Below, in pieces: positions 1 to 14,266 of a stretch of 64,000 bases of DNA. The first letter of the stretch is position 1, and every line of letters starts with the position of its first letter. Where the stretch lies: the NCBI RefSeq assembly GCF_006345805.1, contig NC_043002.1, positions 27,962,001 through 28,026,000 on the forward strand, read 5' to 3'. Position numbers and translations under genes: made by a program. This DNA is from Octopus sinensis. Taxonomy: Eukaryota. The notes below the pieces were generated by a model. The model ran no database searches. It was not told where the DNA came from and saw nothing but the letters and a program-made list of their open reading frames with translations.

Positions 1-295
1 AATGTTCAGGTCGTTTGGGCAAAGTTGGCGGTATATTCTCCATATCGTACAAATGATGTACCGCTCACGGCGACGCTGGAGAGAGTAGAGTTTCAAGGCT
101 TTAAGGCAATCCCAATAATCGAGAGCAGCCATGCCTTCAATTCGTTTAGTGCGTGCTCTCTGGGGTGATTCAATCCTCAAGATGTTTTGTCTTGTATGGG
201 GAGACCACAGTGGGCAGCAGTATTCGAGGTGTGGCCGTACAAAGGAGGAGAAAAGTGGTATGATGACACCTTGTTCTCTGGACCGTTGTTCCTCA
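1..295 (-). mobile_element. CR1/L2-group LINE, fragment of the RT C-terminal region
   Basis: Minus strand translates to FVRPHLEYCCPLWSPH...LKLYSLQRRRERYIICTIW, homologous to the C-terminal part of the 17137-18618 ORF; runs off the window start. Confidence 0.9.
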
Positions 296-1489
296 TGTCC
301 TGCAAATAAAACCCAAAAGACATAAATGAACACGTGAGGAATACATTTCTATCCTACACGCATACTTCACAGCAGTGCTCTACCCAAAAAATGAAAACAC
401 AACAACACATACATATAAAATATGGAAGGAAAATAACATAAATATAGACTTGGATACAGCAATGAACCCTAATAAACTAGCTAACGTACGAAGATACATT
501 CTCAACGCAAAAAAATATCAGAAATAGAAATAGAACATCTAAAAGAAAAAAATACATCAGGAAAATGTAGATAGAAGCCAGACAACAATGCCCAATAATA
601 TAAACACTGAAACAGTAAAACACGAAGACAAACGTAACATTCCCAACAAACACGATGTAAACAAAAAACAACAAACCCAGACCGTAAGGATGCATAATAA
701 TACACGACAAACAGCAAGCCAAAACACGGCGAACAAACATATAAATAAGAAAGAAAGCGACACAAATCTAGAAGCTGGAAACAACGAAGGGGAGCCTAAT
801 GATTATGATAATATAAAAAGTAAAATAATCAAAGAACTGAAAACCACAGAGCTCAAAATGGACCGCCGACCATACTCCCAAAAATCAAAATAGACGAAAC
901 AACAACACCAATTATAAACAGCATAAACCTAGCCGTCACGGAACTAATAGCCACTGAAACAAAAAGCGATATCACTGAGCTAAATGACTTAGTATACGCA
1001 GCAGCCACTGCAGCCACAAAAGAAGCTGGATACTCACTCAAACCCATCCAAACAGGAGTACCACTACCCAAACAAACCCTGTGGATAAATAACATCCAAA
1101 ACAAAATACAAAAAATGAGAAAAGATCTGTCGATTCTTAATGAAATCAGTAGACAATCAACGCTACTGAGCAACAAAAAGAAAACAAAAATACTCTGCAA
1201 ATATAACATCACAGATTTACCTGAGATAAAAGAAAAGCTGAAGCAAGATATCCTTACCAAAGTACAAAGGATCCGCCGGTACGAGAAACGCCAGTGCTTC
1301 TTTGAACAAAACAAAAAGTTCAACTCCAACCCCAAAAAGTTCTACCAAGAACTTGGCAAAAATAAAATAGAAACCACTGCAGCACCAACGGCAGAAGAAG
1401 GGAAGAATTCTGGAGGGAAATATGGTCGGCGAACGAGCAACCAAAAAAAAGGAGTATTTAAACAACAAACTCGCAGCATCTGAGCAACT

Positions 1490-2435
1490 TTGGACCCCAT
1501 AACAACTGAAGAGGTCACCCAGGCACTGCAAAGACTAAGCAACTGGAAGGCACCTGGGCATAACAAGATCCCCAACCTCTGGTTGAAATATCTAACAGGA
1601 ATGCACAAAAAGCTGGCTGAAAACTTTAACAACATACTAGCAGAGCGAGAGACAATGCCTGAATGGCTCACGAAGGGGAAAAACCATCTTAATTCCCAAA
1701 TCAAATGAGACAGCAAAACCAGAAAACTACAGACCACTAACCTGTCTCCCTACAATGTATAAGGCATTTACTGCAGTGATATCGCAAAGGTTGAACAAGC
1801 ACCTGAACGAAAACAACCTGTTTCCAGAAGAGCAGAAAGGATGCCGCAAAGGCTCATATGGCTGTAAAGATCAACTAATGATTAATAAAGCCATAACTGA
1901 AGACAGCCACAGAAAGAAGAAAGGCCTCAGTATGGCCTGGATCGACTACAAAAAGGCGTTTGATAGCATCCCCCACACATGGATCTTCGAAACACTAGCC
2001 ATTAACAAAGTAGCACCAACAATTATAAAATTCATAGGGCACTCTATGAATAAATGGCAAACAGTGCTACAGCTCCAAACAAAAGAAGGACTCATGAAAA
2101 CCAAAGCCATCCCCATTAGAAGAGGAATATTTCAGGGAGACACGCTCTCTCCACTCCTTTTCTGCTTGGCACTGTCACCTCTATCTGATATGCTAAATAG
2201 AACTGGATGCGGATATAAATGTTACGGCAAAACGATCAGCCACCTTTTATATATGGATGACCTAAAACTATACGCTACAAATGACAAACAGCTGGAAACG
2301 CTATTAAAGACAGTTCATGGATTTACCAAAGAAATAGATATGAAATTTGGATTAGAAAAATGCGCCAAAGTAACCATGAAAAGAGGAAAACTAGTTAAGA
2401 GTAGCAACATCACACTAGATAAAATCAATGAATGA
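1490..2435 (+). pseudogene. Reverse transcriptase domain of the R4/Dong element, frameshifted
   Basis: ORFs 1490-1708 and 1755-2435 carry consecutive RT motifs, broken by a frameshift. Confidence 0.9.
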
Positions 2436-3124
2436 AATAAAAGATTAGACCAAAGCCAAACTTACAAATACTTAGGAATCCATGAACTAGATAGACACAA
2501 CACACACAAATGAAAGAGAAAATAAAAAAAGAATATTATAGACGAGTTAGATCAATACTAAAAACAGAGCTCAATGCTAAAAACAAGACAATAGGTATTA
2601 ACACTTTAGCTGTCCCAGTTATAAGTTACAGCTACAATATCCTTAACTGGACACTAAATGAACTGACCAAAATAGATAGAAAAACAAGAAAAATAATGAC
2701 AGGATCTAGGATGCATCACCCAAAATCTGATATAGAAAGACTATATATACAACGTATAGAAGGTGGTAGAGGCCTTATACAGCTGGAAAACTACTATAAA
2801 ATAACCACCATAGGACTGCAAAAATATCTACTTCAGAAGGAAGGAAAACTGATACAAATAGCGGCAAAACACGAGCAAAACAAAAAACTGTTCTCAATAT
2901 TTAAGGAAGCTGATAAATACAAACAAGAAATCATACCACCTAATAAATATGAAGAAGAAAAAGAAGATGAAGAAACAACAAAAGCTATAAAACAAATGAA
3001 ATCCAAACTAAAAATAGAACAGCAACGAACCATGATAAAATGATGGCAAGAAAAGCCCCTTCATGGTAAATACTGGACTAAACTGAACGCAAAAGAAATA
3101 GACAAAGAACAATCCCAGCAATGG

Positions 3125-3805
3125 TTGAGAAGCTCAGGATTCAAAGCAGAGACAGAGGGATTTTTAATTGCAGCACAAGACCAAAGCCTCCCCACCAGAA
3201 ATTACCAAAAGCATGTAATGAAAAGAAATATAACAAGTAACTGCAGAATATGTGGAGATGGACAAGAAACAATAAATCATATTATCTCTGGCTGCCCAGT
3301 CCTGGCTAAGGAATATATTCACAGACATGACAGAGTTGGAACCTACATACACTGGAAGCTATGCCAACATTATGGAATAACAACAGAAAAAAGATGGTAT
3401 AGGCACACACCAGAAAAGGTCACAGAAAACGAGAAAGCAACCATACTCTGGGATATGCCGATACACACAGATAGAGAAATTAAGGCCAACAGACCAGATA
3501 TAGTTGTCAGAGATCATGAAGAAAAAGAATGCTTTCTAATTGATGTATCAATACCGGCAGATGACAACGTATCTCTAAAAGAAATGGAGAAACTTTCAAA
3601 ATACAAAGACCTGGAAATAGAGGTAACCAGAATGTGGAATCTAAAAACAGAAACAATTCCTATCATAGTAGGTGCATTAGGCATGATAAAAAATATTCAG
3701 ACAAATTCATAACAAAAACACCAGGACTTACAAACACATATAACATACATAAAATTGCACTACTAGGCACTGCACACATCCTACGCAGAAGACTTTCCAT
3801 ACAAT
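3125..3805 (+). pseudogene. Zinc knuckle + REL endonuclease domain of the R4/Dong element
   Basis: ORF 3125-3712 (ETEGFLIAAQDQ, CRICG, RHD, ANRPDIV, KYKDL). The typical C-terminal TAHILRR continues in another frame to about 3805. Confidence 0.85.
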
Positions 3806-3907
3806 AACCATCAGAGCATCACAACAAATCACAGCATATACCTAAGGCACACAGAGCTGCGCTCGGTAGTGAAGTGAAAGCACGCTATAAAAATAAAACT
3901 ACTGAAA

Positions 3908-3959
<52 letters not shown>

Positions 3960-3968
3960 TAATAATAA
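3908..3968 (+). repeat. (AAT)n microsatellite at the 3' end of the R4/Dong element
   Basis: Direct reading of the sequence. Confidence 0.95.
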
Positions 3969-4981
3969 TAGTAATAGCAACGAGAGCCCTAAGTACATTC
4001 AAAGGAACAATAACAGTAGCTACCACTAATATAACTAATCTCTGTAAAAGTAGTAACAGTAGAATAAAGAATAAAAATAAACAATAATAACAAAGATGAT
4101 TATGATGATGATGATGATGACGATGATGACAGTTAATGAAAACAAATAGTATAAAACATAAACACACGGACATATAAAAAAAGGAGTTTATAAATACATG
4201 CATGCATCATACATATATACATACATACACACATTTTTGTACAAACACATTTATATACGTATATATATATATGTATAGATATATATATATATTTATATAT
4301 ATATATGGATAGATATATATATTTATATATATATATATGTGTGTGTATTATATATATGTATGTTGTGTGTGTGTATATTAGATGTATATATGTGTTGTAT
4401 GTGTGTATGTGTGGTGTATATATATGTATGGTGTGTATGTGTGTGATGTATATATGTGTGTAGTATGTATATGTATAATATGTATATGTATATATATGTT
4501 GTGTGTATGTATGGCCCGCACACACGCGTAGACACATGTATACATATATATACACACACAAAGACGCGTACACCCACACCATATGTACGCACACACACAA
4601 ACACATACTCAATACCAACACACGCAAAACGCATATACACACATGCCACACAGATACACCCAACAGACATGGACACACATACGAACAAACACATACACAC
4701 TAACGCACACGCAACACACTAATAAACATTAACCACACACATACACACACACACACACACAAACGGGAACACATATACACACACCATCCTACCCCCCAAA
4801 ATTCTTTAAATAACACACATCTATTTACACCACCCTGGAACCAAACAAAAACAGCCCCCCACACACAAACACATGTATACATGTATATACACACACACAA
4901 GGACACACACACTCACACCAATCTCACCTCCATACAGACACACATATACACACGCAGCACCATGCCAAATGCCATCCACAC

Positions 4982-5025
<44 letters not shown>

Positions 5026-5928
5026 CACCAAGACAACCACACACGCGGTTGACAAACGGACACATCATCCTACCAAATCTTACAGACACACAGACACATC
5101 TATTCACTCAACATATATATGTACACACACACAAACACACACACACACCACACACACACACACACAAAGACACACAAACTCACCCCATCCTGATCCCTAA
5201 ATCATTGATGCTTGAAGGAGAGACAAAAAAAAAAGGGTAAATTCTTTTCAGTTCCACATTACTCCTCCTTTTACGCTACCACAGCGGACAGGTCAGTTTT
5301 AGCTTCACTACTATTATAATGTAAATCTTTTTGAACTCATAATATTCTGTACGTGTATACTGAACTTTTTTAATAATTCCTTCTGGAAATTATCTTGAGA
5401 ATGTATAATATATTTGTTGTAATCTTTTGTGCCCATTATTTCAATGAGCTTGTTAAACTTTTTTATATTCTCAACATGCTCTTGTCACCAAAGGATGTAT
5501 ATTTATATGGATTGTAGTACTCTGTGTCAACCAATATTCTGTGCATGTTTGAATATACAGATACAATACCAATACCAATATCAATTCCTTCTGGAAACTA
5601 TCTTAAGCATGTCCTTGAGAACGATTATTTATGTAGTAATCCTTTGTGCCCAATATTTTAAGGAACTTGTTGAACTTTTTTATGTCCTTAACATGTCCCT
5701 GTTACCAAAGACTGTATATATGTAATGTAGCAATTTGTAACAACCAATAATTAACGCAACCAAACTTCTACATGTTACTTTTGACAATCATTTTCCAAAG
5801 AGTGAAACCGGTAAAGTAAATAAACATCTTTTAAATTGCATTTTCAAACCTTCTTTCGTATGTATATATATATTTATATTTATATTTAGGATTTAGGATC
5901 AAGCACCCAGCTCAACAACAACAACATC
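3961..5928 (+). repeat. Local direct duplication, copy 1
   Basis: Unique stretches (gcaacgagagccctaagtacattcaaagg..., ...ggatcaagcacccagctcaa) recur collinearly at about 13170-15960. Confidence 0.95.
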
Positions 5929-5954
5929 TATTACTATCATGCCAATATTAATAA

Positions 5955-6260
5955 GTGCCGCCGCCGCCGCCGCCTCGACCACGACCACAACCATGACGAC
6001 GACCACCAGCACCAGCACCACCAGCACCAGCAGCACCAGCACCAGCACCAGCACCAGCACCAGCAGCAGCACCACCACTGCCGCTGCCACCACCACAGCT
6101 ACCACTACCACATTACCTACATACCCACCAAACCGCCACAACCACGGACACTATCACCATCTCCGCTACTATCACAACCATATCACCACCTTCACCGTTA
6201 CCACCACCACCACCACCACCACCACCACCATCATCATCAATGTCAATAGCAGCAACAACA
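5955..6260 (+). repeat. ACC/AGC trinucleotide low-complexity tract
   Basis: (acc)n and (accagc)n runs give the poly-T/S ORF at 5939-6298. Confidence 0.9.
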
Positions 6261-6345
6261 ATACCGTTTTCTCGTTGACGTTAATTAGAGGTTATTGAAA
6301 GAATTTTCTCCAAAAACTAAATGAATTTTTAAGAATACTAAATGG

Positions 6346-6381
<36 letters not shown>

Positions 6382-6456
6382 CGCAACATTATATATATAA
6401 TATATATATATGTGTATATATATATATATATCTATATGGATGTATATTTGTGTGTG

Positions 6457-6487
<31 letters not shown>

Positions 6488-6612
6488 ATGCATATATAAT
6501 ATATTATTGTATACGTAATTTATGAGTTAGCACCTGGCGCACTACTTTCACTGTGTGAGTGTGTATGTATGTTTGTATGTACAAACCTTGTATGCATACA
6601 CACATATAAACA

Positions 6613-6630
6613 TATCTATCTATCTATCTT

Positions 6631-6720
<90 letters not shown>

Positions 6721-6732
6721 CATCTATCTATC
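6613..6732 (+). repeat. (ATCT)n microsatellite
   Basis: Direct reading. Confidence 0.95.
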
Positions 6733-8236
6733 TGTGATTACGATCCTATTGATCAACTTTTTTTCCTCTCCCCTTGTCCATGATTTTTACACAACCTATA
6801 TTAAAAGGTAAAGAGCTGGGTAATCTGGTTTCAGATGCTTTCAAAGGCCCTCTCATCCAGCATATATTCATGGCCTCATTATTTAAAAGGAATATTTTTC
6901 GTTAGTCTCTCTTAATCCCTTCTGTGGTACTCTCCAGAGGTCAAATAGTGGCGGTTTTGTGAAATGGAGTTCGTCTTCGCTCTCTCTCCATGCGCATGTA
7001 TTTTATTTTTTACAGGCATATAAGTAAAATAGCTTACTGAAAAGTTTTATTTTTGTTGTCTATCAACTCACTGATTTCCTTTGGAATTGTGGTTCTGAAG
7101 AGTTGGTCTGTGTTGTTTCTGTTGTCGTTTTTGCATTGATTGTTTAATAAACAATATGAACATGAGCATCCGCCTCACTACCAAAAAGGAGAGAGAAAAA
7201 TGAAAACATAAAACAACTAAAAAAAAACACAACGAAAATTCTGTAAACGAATATAGGAACAGAAGCGTAGATATAAATGAATATAACTGCAACTGTCGCC
7301 CTCTCTAACTTTCTCGTTTTCTCATAGTCTCTTACTAATACATCTCATCTTCTATCTTCTCATATCCTCGCTTTCCCTCACAGTTCATGAAAAACAACAC
7401 AACTATTCAATAATATAAACTTACAGAAATATAATCATATTAAGAAGCAACATAGGATTGCAATATTTTAACCAAGTTGTAAAATAAACATAATGCATTA
7501 GAACCATCTGAGACTTGGCCTTAGGCATACTTCCTCCAGTACAGTTGGGCAGCAAGAAGTCTCCAATATCCCAGTTTTGAGCATAGTCGCTTGCATCTTC
7601 CCAGATGATGCATAAAAAAAGGATGTAAAAATTCGTCTCGCAAAACATGGTATGTTCTTGTTAACCTCAGAATCATCTGCAAGTTTCCTGCTACCTGATG
7701 ATTTCAAGAGAATCTTATTTCGTGATGTGTAACCAGTGTTTTTTTTAAAGTCTTTTGCTTGGACATTCACAAAACACCCAGAAGCATGTTACATATGTTA
7801 CGGACCAATGAGAATACATTGTGAAAAAGGCATTCTATCAAGCACCGACTGTATGGCAATGTTCTTTTAGTCATTGATGCCATCAAAAAGAGATGCATGC
7901 GTTTTTCAGGATTCTTGTTGGAAAGCTAAGCAAGAACTCGTTAGTGACTAATACCTACCTATGTCTACTCCGTCAGGCACAAACAATCCTCAACCAGCTC
8001 TGTATGGATACGGGATATGATACCCTGTTAACATCCTGAATGCTGAGTGGGATTGTGATGGGTGGCTTGATCGATTTGCACTACTTGATGATTGATCAAT
8101 AAGGTAATATAATCATATAATACAGTAATATAAAGAAATTTCTGTCACTATATTGCAAATGACCATACATTGTTATAGATACCATAAAAATAAAGTAACG
8201 AAACCATGCAATAACTATATAGTATTATAACCATAC

Positions 8237-8578
8237 AGGGTAAAGAACCCCTTCGGTCATGAATGACCGTGGGATTGCACCTAGAAAGTACCCTTCCAGA
8301 GCACAAGTCCAGGCAAGGGTGTTTATCGAAGACCAGCAGTCGCCCATGAACACCAGCCTCCTCTCTCCACGCTACCGATGTTATCCTAGGGAAAGGCAAA
8401 GAATAATACAGCTTGGCACCGGTGACATCGCGACTTATTTCTACAGCTGAGTGAACTGGAACAATGTAAAATAAAATTCCTTGCTCAATAATACAACACA
8501 TAACCCGGTCCGGGAATCGAACCTACTACCTCTTGATTGTGAGCCCGACGCTATAACCACTGAGCCATGCGCCTTCAC
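8237..8578 (-). mobile_element. tRNA-derived SINE, full length
   Basis: Minus-strand head ggcgcatggctcagtggtta...ggttcgattcc has A-box and B-box motifs; the body is shared with 19829-20100. Confidence 0.85.
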
Positions 8579-8814
8579 TAACCATACAATAACTATACAA
8601 AAATGTAGCTATGCAGTAATGTAACTATATATGACAAAACAACAATATAATGATCCTGTAATAGAATTTTACTGTAATATATAAAAACAGTAATATAAAC
8701 ATGCTGTACAACAATAAAATAATATAACCAAATAATAATATAACCATACTGTAATATAAGCCATACATTAATATAACCATGCAATAATATGAACGAAATA
8801 GGAAGGAGCAGACA

Positions 8815-8960
8815 GCGCTTCATTTCACGTTGCTCCAGTCCGCTCAGCTGTAAATGGGTAACCCTGTAATGGACAGGCGCTCCGTTCAGTGGAAGTATTG
8901 TGATCTTGGAAATTGTGCGCAATGGAAACCAAATAACTGGCCTTGTGACTCATAGAACTC
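8815..8960 (+). mobile_element. SINE central-domain fragment
   Basis: cacgttgctccagtccgctcagctgtaaatgggta matches the central domain of the SINEs at 8237 and 19829. Confidence 0.6.
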
Positions 8961-9029
8961 GAGACAGTAATATTCAGGTGTTGATGATGTTATATAGCCA
9001 TATTATAAACACAACGATACAGTAACATA

Positions 9030-9335
9030 TGTTGTTTGTTCCTTCTCGAGCCACACCTGGCTCATAAGGGCCGGTTTCCAGGTTTCCTTGGCATATAGGT
9101 TCCCTACCTGGACGGGACGCCGGTCCGTCGCAGGTGAGTTGCAAGATGCAGGAGGAAAGAGTGAGAGAAAGTTGTGGCGAAAGAGTCAGCAGAAATTCGC
9201 CATTACCTTCTGCTGGAGCCGCGTGGAGCTTAGGTGTTTCGCTCATAAACACACACATCGCCCGGTCTGAGATTCGAACCCGCGATCCCTCAAACGCGAG
9301 TCCGCTTGTCTAACCACTAGGCCATGTGCCTCCAC
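9030..9335 (-). mobile_element. tRNA-derived SINE (second family)
   Basis: Head ggcacatggcctagtggttaga...gggttcgaatc; related head and body start at 23943-24235. Confidence 0.85.
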
Positions 9336-10103
9336 AATAACATATGTACACGGTAATAAAACCATAGAGTAATATAAACACATTAATATACCCCATACAA
9401 TATTTATGTGCATCGGGCCTTGTACCTAGAGTAGAAAAGAATATTAATGTGCATAAACATATAACATACAGTAACATAGAGAACAACATTACAAACATAA
9501 TAATTTAAGCATAAAATAATAGGTATCAATGAATATAAATGCCTCTCTCTCGCTCTCTTTTCCTTCGTTTTCCGTCTCTGAGTCTCTCTCGCTCTCTCTC
9601 GTTCCCGCTCTCTCGCTCTCTTTCTCTCTTTCCATCTCTGTTTTTCTCTCCCCTTCTCTTAATAAATTTCTCCTATTTCTGTCTTTTTTCTCTCTCTTTA
9701 TGCTTCCTTTTATCTATTTCTGTCTCCCCATTTTCTGTCTCTTTCTCTCTTTCTCTTTCTCTTCCTCGCTCTCTTCTTTAACTCTACTTCTCCCTTTCCC
9801 TTTTTTTCTCTCTTTCCTTTCAGTCTCCCTCTTCCTTTCTCTGTCTCTCTTTCTCTCTCTTTTTCTTTAAGTCGTCTATCTGTCTCTCCTTTTTTTCCTC
9901 TCTTTCTCACATTCTTCTTCTTTCCCAAGCACATACTCTAACTCTTTCTTTCTCCAAGAAAAAAATAATACATAACAGACCAGCCAACCAGCCAACCAGC
10001 CAACCAGCCATCCAGCCAAGCAAAACAAAACAAACTCGAACATAAAGTAATACAAGAACAAATAAAAAGTAAAATAACAAAGCAAAGTCAAATATATATA
10101 TGC

Positions 10104-10137
<34 letters not shown>

Positions 10138-11264
10138 ATATATATATTATATATATATAATATATATATATATATTATATATATATATATGTATGTATAA
10201 ACATACATACATGCATACATACATATATATATTTATAAACATACATACATATGCATACATATGTACACACACACACATATATATACATATATACATACAT
10301 GTATATATATGCCTACATATATATGCATATATATATACATGTATATATGTATTTATATATATTTTCATATATATAATTATATACAACATACAAACAGATA
10401 CAAACACACACACACATACACACACATACATACATAAATATATATACATATGCATTCACCAACACACACATACGTATAGATGTATGTATATATGTTTTTT
10501 TAACAAAAACAAAGATGGTGGCGAGGAATGGGGGGGGGGAATGGGAGGGGGAGGGGAGAAAACATGGTATCCAGCCGTGTTATATTTTATGTATGTTTGA
10601 CATAGTGTCTCACTCGGAGCCCAACTCAAAATTAATGGATGGCATATAAGAAAGAAAGACAAGAAACGAAAAGAAAGAAGGAAAGCTTTAAAAATTATCT
10701 GATTACAATTGATTGGTTTATATTATCCTCGCTATTGACGTTCTTTTGCAGGAGAGAACGGGCGGGGAATGTGTGTGGTGATACATGTGGAGGAGGATCA
10801 TGGTGACGATGGTGGCGGTGGTGTGTTTGTGGCGGTTGTGGCGGTTTTACATGAGACAATAGAGAGTGTTATTGATAATGATAATGACAATAATGATGGT
10901 GATAATAATTATGAATTATTATTATTATTGTTGTTGTTGGTGTTGTTGTTATTAATATAATGATTATGCTGATAAAATAAGGTCACTAGTGGTTTCTTCT
11001 ATATTTGCTGTAAGGGCCAACAGAGATACATAAAAGATTGGATAGGCGAGTAAAAGATCTGCCTCTACATAATCATACATTTGCACACACGTACACGTAT
11101 ATATATACACATCGTATACACATCATATACACGTGCACACGCATGTGTGTGAATATGAAAACATATATATGTAAATATATATATATATGCTTGTGTGTGT
11201 ATGTGTGTGTGTGTGTATGTATGTATATATCCGTATATGTGTATGCATATATATATATATATAT

Positions 11265-11314
<50 letters not shown>

Positions 11315-11394
11315 ATATATATATATATATTATATATATATATATTATATATATATATATGTATGCCTATATATGTATATATGTATACTCTTTC

Positions 11395-11813
11395 TTTTTT
11401 ACTCTTTTTTTACTTTTTACTTGTTTCAGTCATTTGACTGCGGCCATGCTGGAGCACCGCCTTTAGTCGAGCAAATCGACCCCGGGACATATTCTTTGTA
11501 AGCCCAGTACTTATTCTATCGGTCTCTTTTGCCGAACCGCTAAGTGACAGGGACGTAAACACACCAGCATCGGTTGTCAAGCAATGCTAGGGGAACAAAC
11601 ACAGACACACAAACATATTCACACACACTTATATATATATACATATATACGACAGGCTTCTTTCAGTTTCCGTCTACCAAATCCACTCACAAGGTATTGG
11701 TCGGCCCGGGGCTATAGCAGAAGACACGTTCCCAAGATGCCACGCAGTGGGACTGAACCCGGAACCATGTGGTTGGTTAGCAAGCTACTTACCAAACAGC
11801 CACTCCTGCGCCT
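11395..11813 (-). mobile_element. tRNA-like-headed SINE with internal CA/TA microsatellite
   Basis: Head aggcgcaggagtggctg...ttccgggttcagtccc, tail ...gctccagcatggccgcagtcaaatgactgaaacaagtaaaa. Further copies at 26743, 30303 and 48780. Confidence 0.85.
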
Positions 11814-11990
11814 ATATGTATGCATATATATGTATGTATGTTTGTATGTATGTGTATATATATATGTTTATACATTAGAAATATGTATATATATATGTTT
11901 GTATATGCATGCATATATAATATATGTGCGTGTGTGTGTATGTGCATGTATATATATATATATAGGTTCATATATGTATATGTATAAGTT

Positions 11991-12075
<85 letters not shown>

Positions 12076-12317
12076 ATGTATGTATATATCCGTATATGTG
12101 TATGCATATATATGTATGTATGTTTGTATGTATGTGTATATATATGTGTGTATGTGTGTGTTTGTGTGTGTATGTGTACGAGGCGAAGAATACCATCACT
12201 CAGGATTTATTATAATAGTGTGGCGTGACTTTTGTAAAAAAATAAAAGAAAAAACTCCAAAGAAATACCAAAATGGAAGGAAATAAAGCAGTGACTAAAA
12301 TACAACAGTAGAAATAT

Positions 12318-12574
<257 letters not shown>

Positions 12575-13127
12575 ATGCCCTGATACAGTACCAGGCAGTG
12601 GCTCTCATGGCTTCTGATCTTAACTGATTAGAAGTGTTATCATGTACATTGTTTTGTCTTGGTATAAAAGATGGGCTACAGCAAATATTCTGCTCGATAC
12701 CACAGATTTGCTTGTCAGTTGTTTGACCTTAACCAGTTGAGCATGTCCCTTAGTGGCTGACGATATGTACATCTCTGATCACGAGCAGAAGTAGTAGGGG
12801 AGCATCATAGCCATGTGTTGAGAGGGATTCTTTGGGGTTTGAATACTTCACCTCTGGAAACATGGGTGTTTCATTCAACATCCTTAAACAACCCTTATTC
12901 AGGGACCTTTTGAGCAGGATGGGTTACTCGACCTGAAGAAAATTCTAAGTGGGTCCCACCTGCAAGATCATGTGCTGTTTATCTTGATATGAGATCACCA
13001 TGTCGCGCACATATGGTTGTGATGTATGTGCCTAGTGTACCCTTATCAGACGGGTAATGATGGGTATACTGGGCTTCGTATATTTTACCCCAGTGTCACT
13101 TTAATGGCATGCACTGCTCTCTCACTC
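12575..13127. mobile_element. ~550 bp non-coding putative insertion flanked by (AAT)n on both sides; class unknown
   Basis: Complex sequence with sharp boundaries into AAT tracts; no ORF, TIR or tRNA head seen. Confidence 0.5.
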
Positions 13128-13151
13128 AATAATAATAATAATGATAATAAT

Positions 13152-13183
<32 letters not shown>

Positions 13184-13479
13184 GTAACTGCAACGAGAAC
13201 CCTAAGTACATTCAAAGGAACAATAACAGTAGCTACCACTAATATAACTAATCTCTGTAAAAGTAGTAACAGTAGAATAAAGAATAAAAATAAACAATAA
13301 TAACAAAGATGATTATGATGATGATGATGATGACGATGATGACAGTTAATGAACACAAATAGTATAAAACATAAACACACGGACATATAAAAAAAGTTTA
13401 TAAATACATGCATGCATCATACATATATACATACATACACACATTTTTGTACACACACATTTATATACGTATATATATC

Positions 13480-13529
<50 letters not shown>

Positions 13530-13535
13530 ATAATA

Positions 13536-13979
13536 ATATTAGGGAATAAATCCAAACTTATAGGGAAAAATCAGATTTAGGATTGAATCCATTTTATAGT
13601 AAAAATTATATTATATTAAATTAGAGACAAAACCACTATTAGGCAAATCATACAATGAAAAACTTAAGCCAAACATAAGATTATTTAATTTATATTATTT
13701 AAATATAACAAAATTATTAAAAAAATATAATTAATATTACGATCGTTTCATGGCTGTTAATTTCTTTCATCAGAAAAATATTTAAACCACCTGATAAATG
13801 ACTGTAACTCGAAAATTTAAAGAAATTAACAGCCATGAAATGATCGTAGTGTTATATCAATTATATTTTTTAAATAATTTTGTTATATTTAAATAATATA
13901 AATTAAATAATCTTATGTATTGGCTTAAGTTTTTCATTGTATGATTTGCCTAATAGAGGTTTTGTCTCTAATTTAATAT
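13536..13979. mobile_element. Fold-back element with degenerate hammerhead motifs, inserted in (TA)n
   Basis: Imperfect inverted arms at about 13613-13770 and 13819-13979. The unique terminus (tattagggaataaatccaaa...) is shared with the reverse complement of 29210-29283. Confidence 0.8.
13785..13853 (+). ncRNA. Degenerate type-I hammerhead ribozyme motif
   Basis: aaccac CTGATAA atgactgt...acagccat GAAA tgatcg TA gtgtt. The core has G8>A. The opposite arm retains CTGATGA...GAAACGATCGTA with a disrupted stem II. Confidence 0.5.
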
Positions 13980-14222
13980 ATTTATATATATATATATATA
14001 TATAATGTATATATAATATATATATATGTATATATAAATATACATATATGTGTGTGTGCGAGTGTGTATACATACACATATATTTATAATATATGTATGT
14101 GTATAAATGCATTTATATGTTTGTATATCTATGTGTGTCTAAATATATATTTATATAAATATATATATGCATATATATATATACATATATATATATGTAT
14201 ATATATACATACATATATATAA

Positions 14223-14266
<44 letters not shown>

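Larger units (their letters stand above)
440..3907 (+). mobile_element. R4/Dong-clade non-LTR retrotransposon (RT + restriction-like endonuclease), decayed, probably 5'-truncated
   Basis: Collinear broken ORFs: RT motifs (KAPGHNKI, EQKGCRKG, WIDYKKAFDS, GIFQGDTLSPLLF, YMDDLK), CCHC knuckle (CRICG...HIISGC), RHD and REL motifs (RPDIV, IDVSIP, KYKDL). Short 3' UTR followed by (AAT)n. Boundaries approximate. Confidence 0.9.

Noticed and set aside
5429-5725. Identical 98-aa ORF in both duplication copies (also 15395-15691)
   Set aside because: No recognisable domain; identity is explained by recent duplication.
6825-6870. Minus-strand ctggatga...gaaagc motif
   Set aside because: Core has an extra base and no convincing stems I and III.
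7498-7790. KLADDSEV / WEDASDYAQNW peptides resembling an RT ADD region
   Set aside because: Similarity is too short and split across frames; cannot be supported without a database search.
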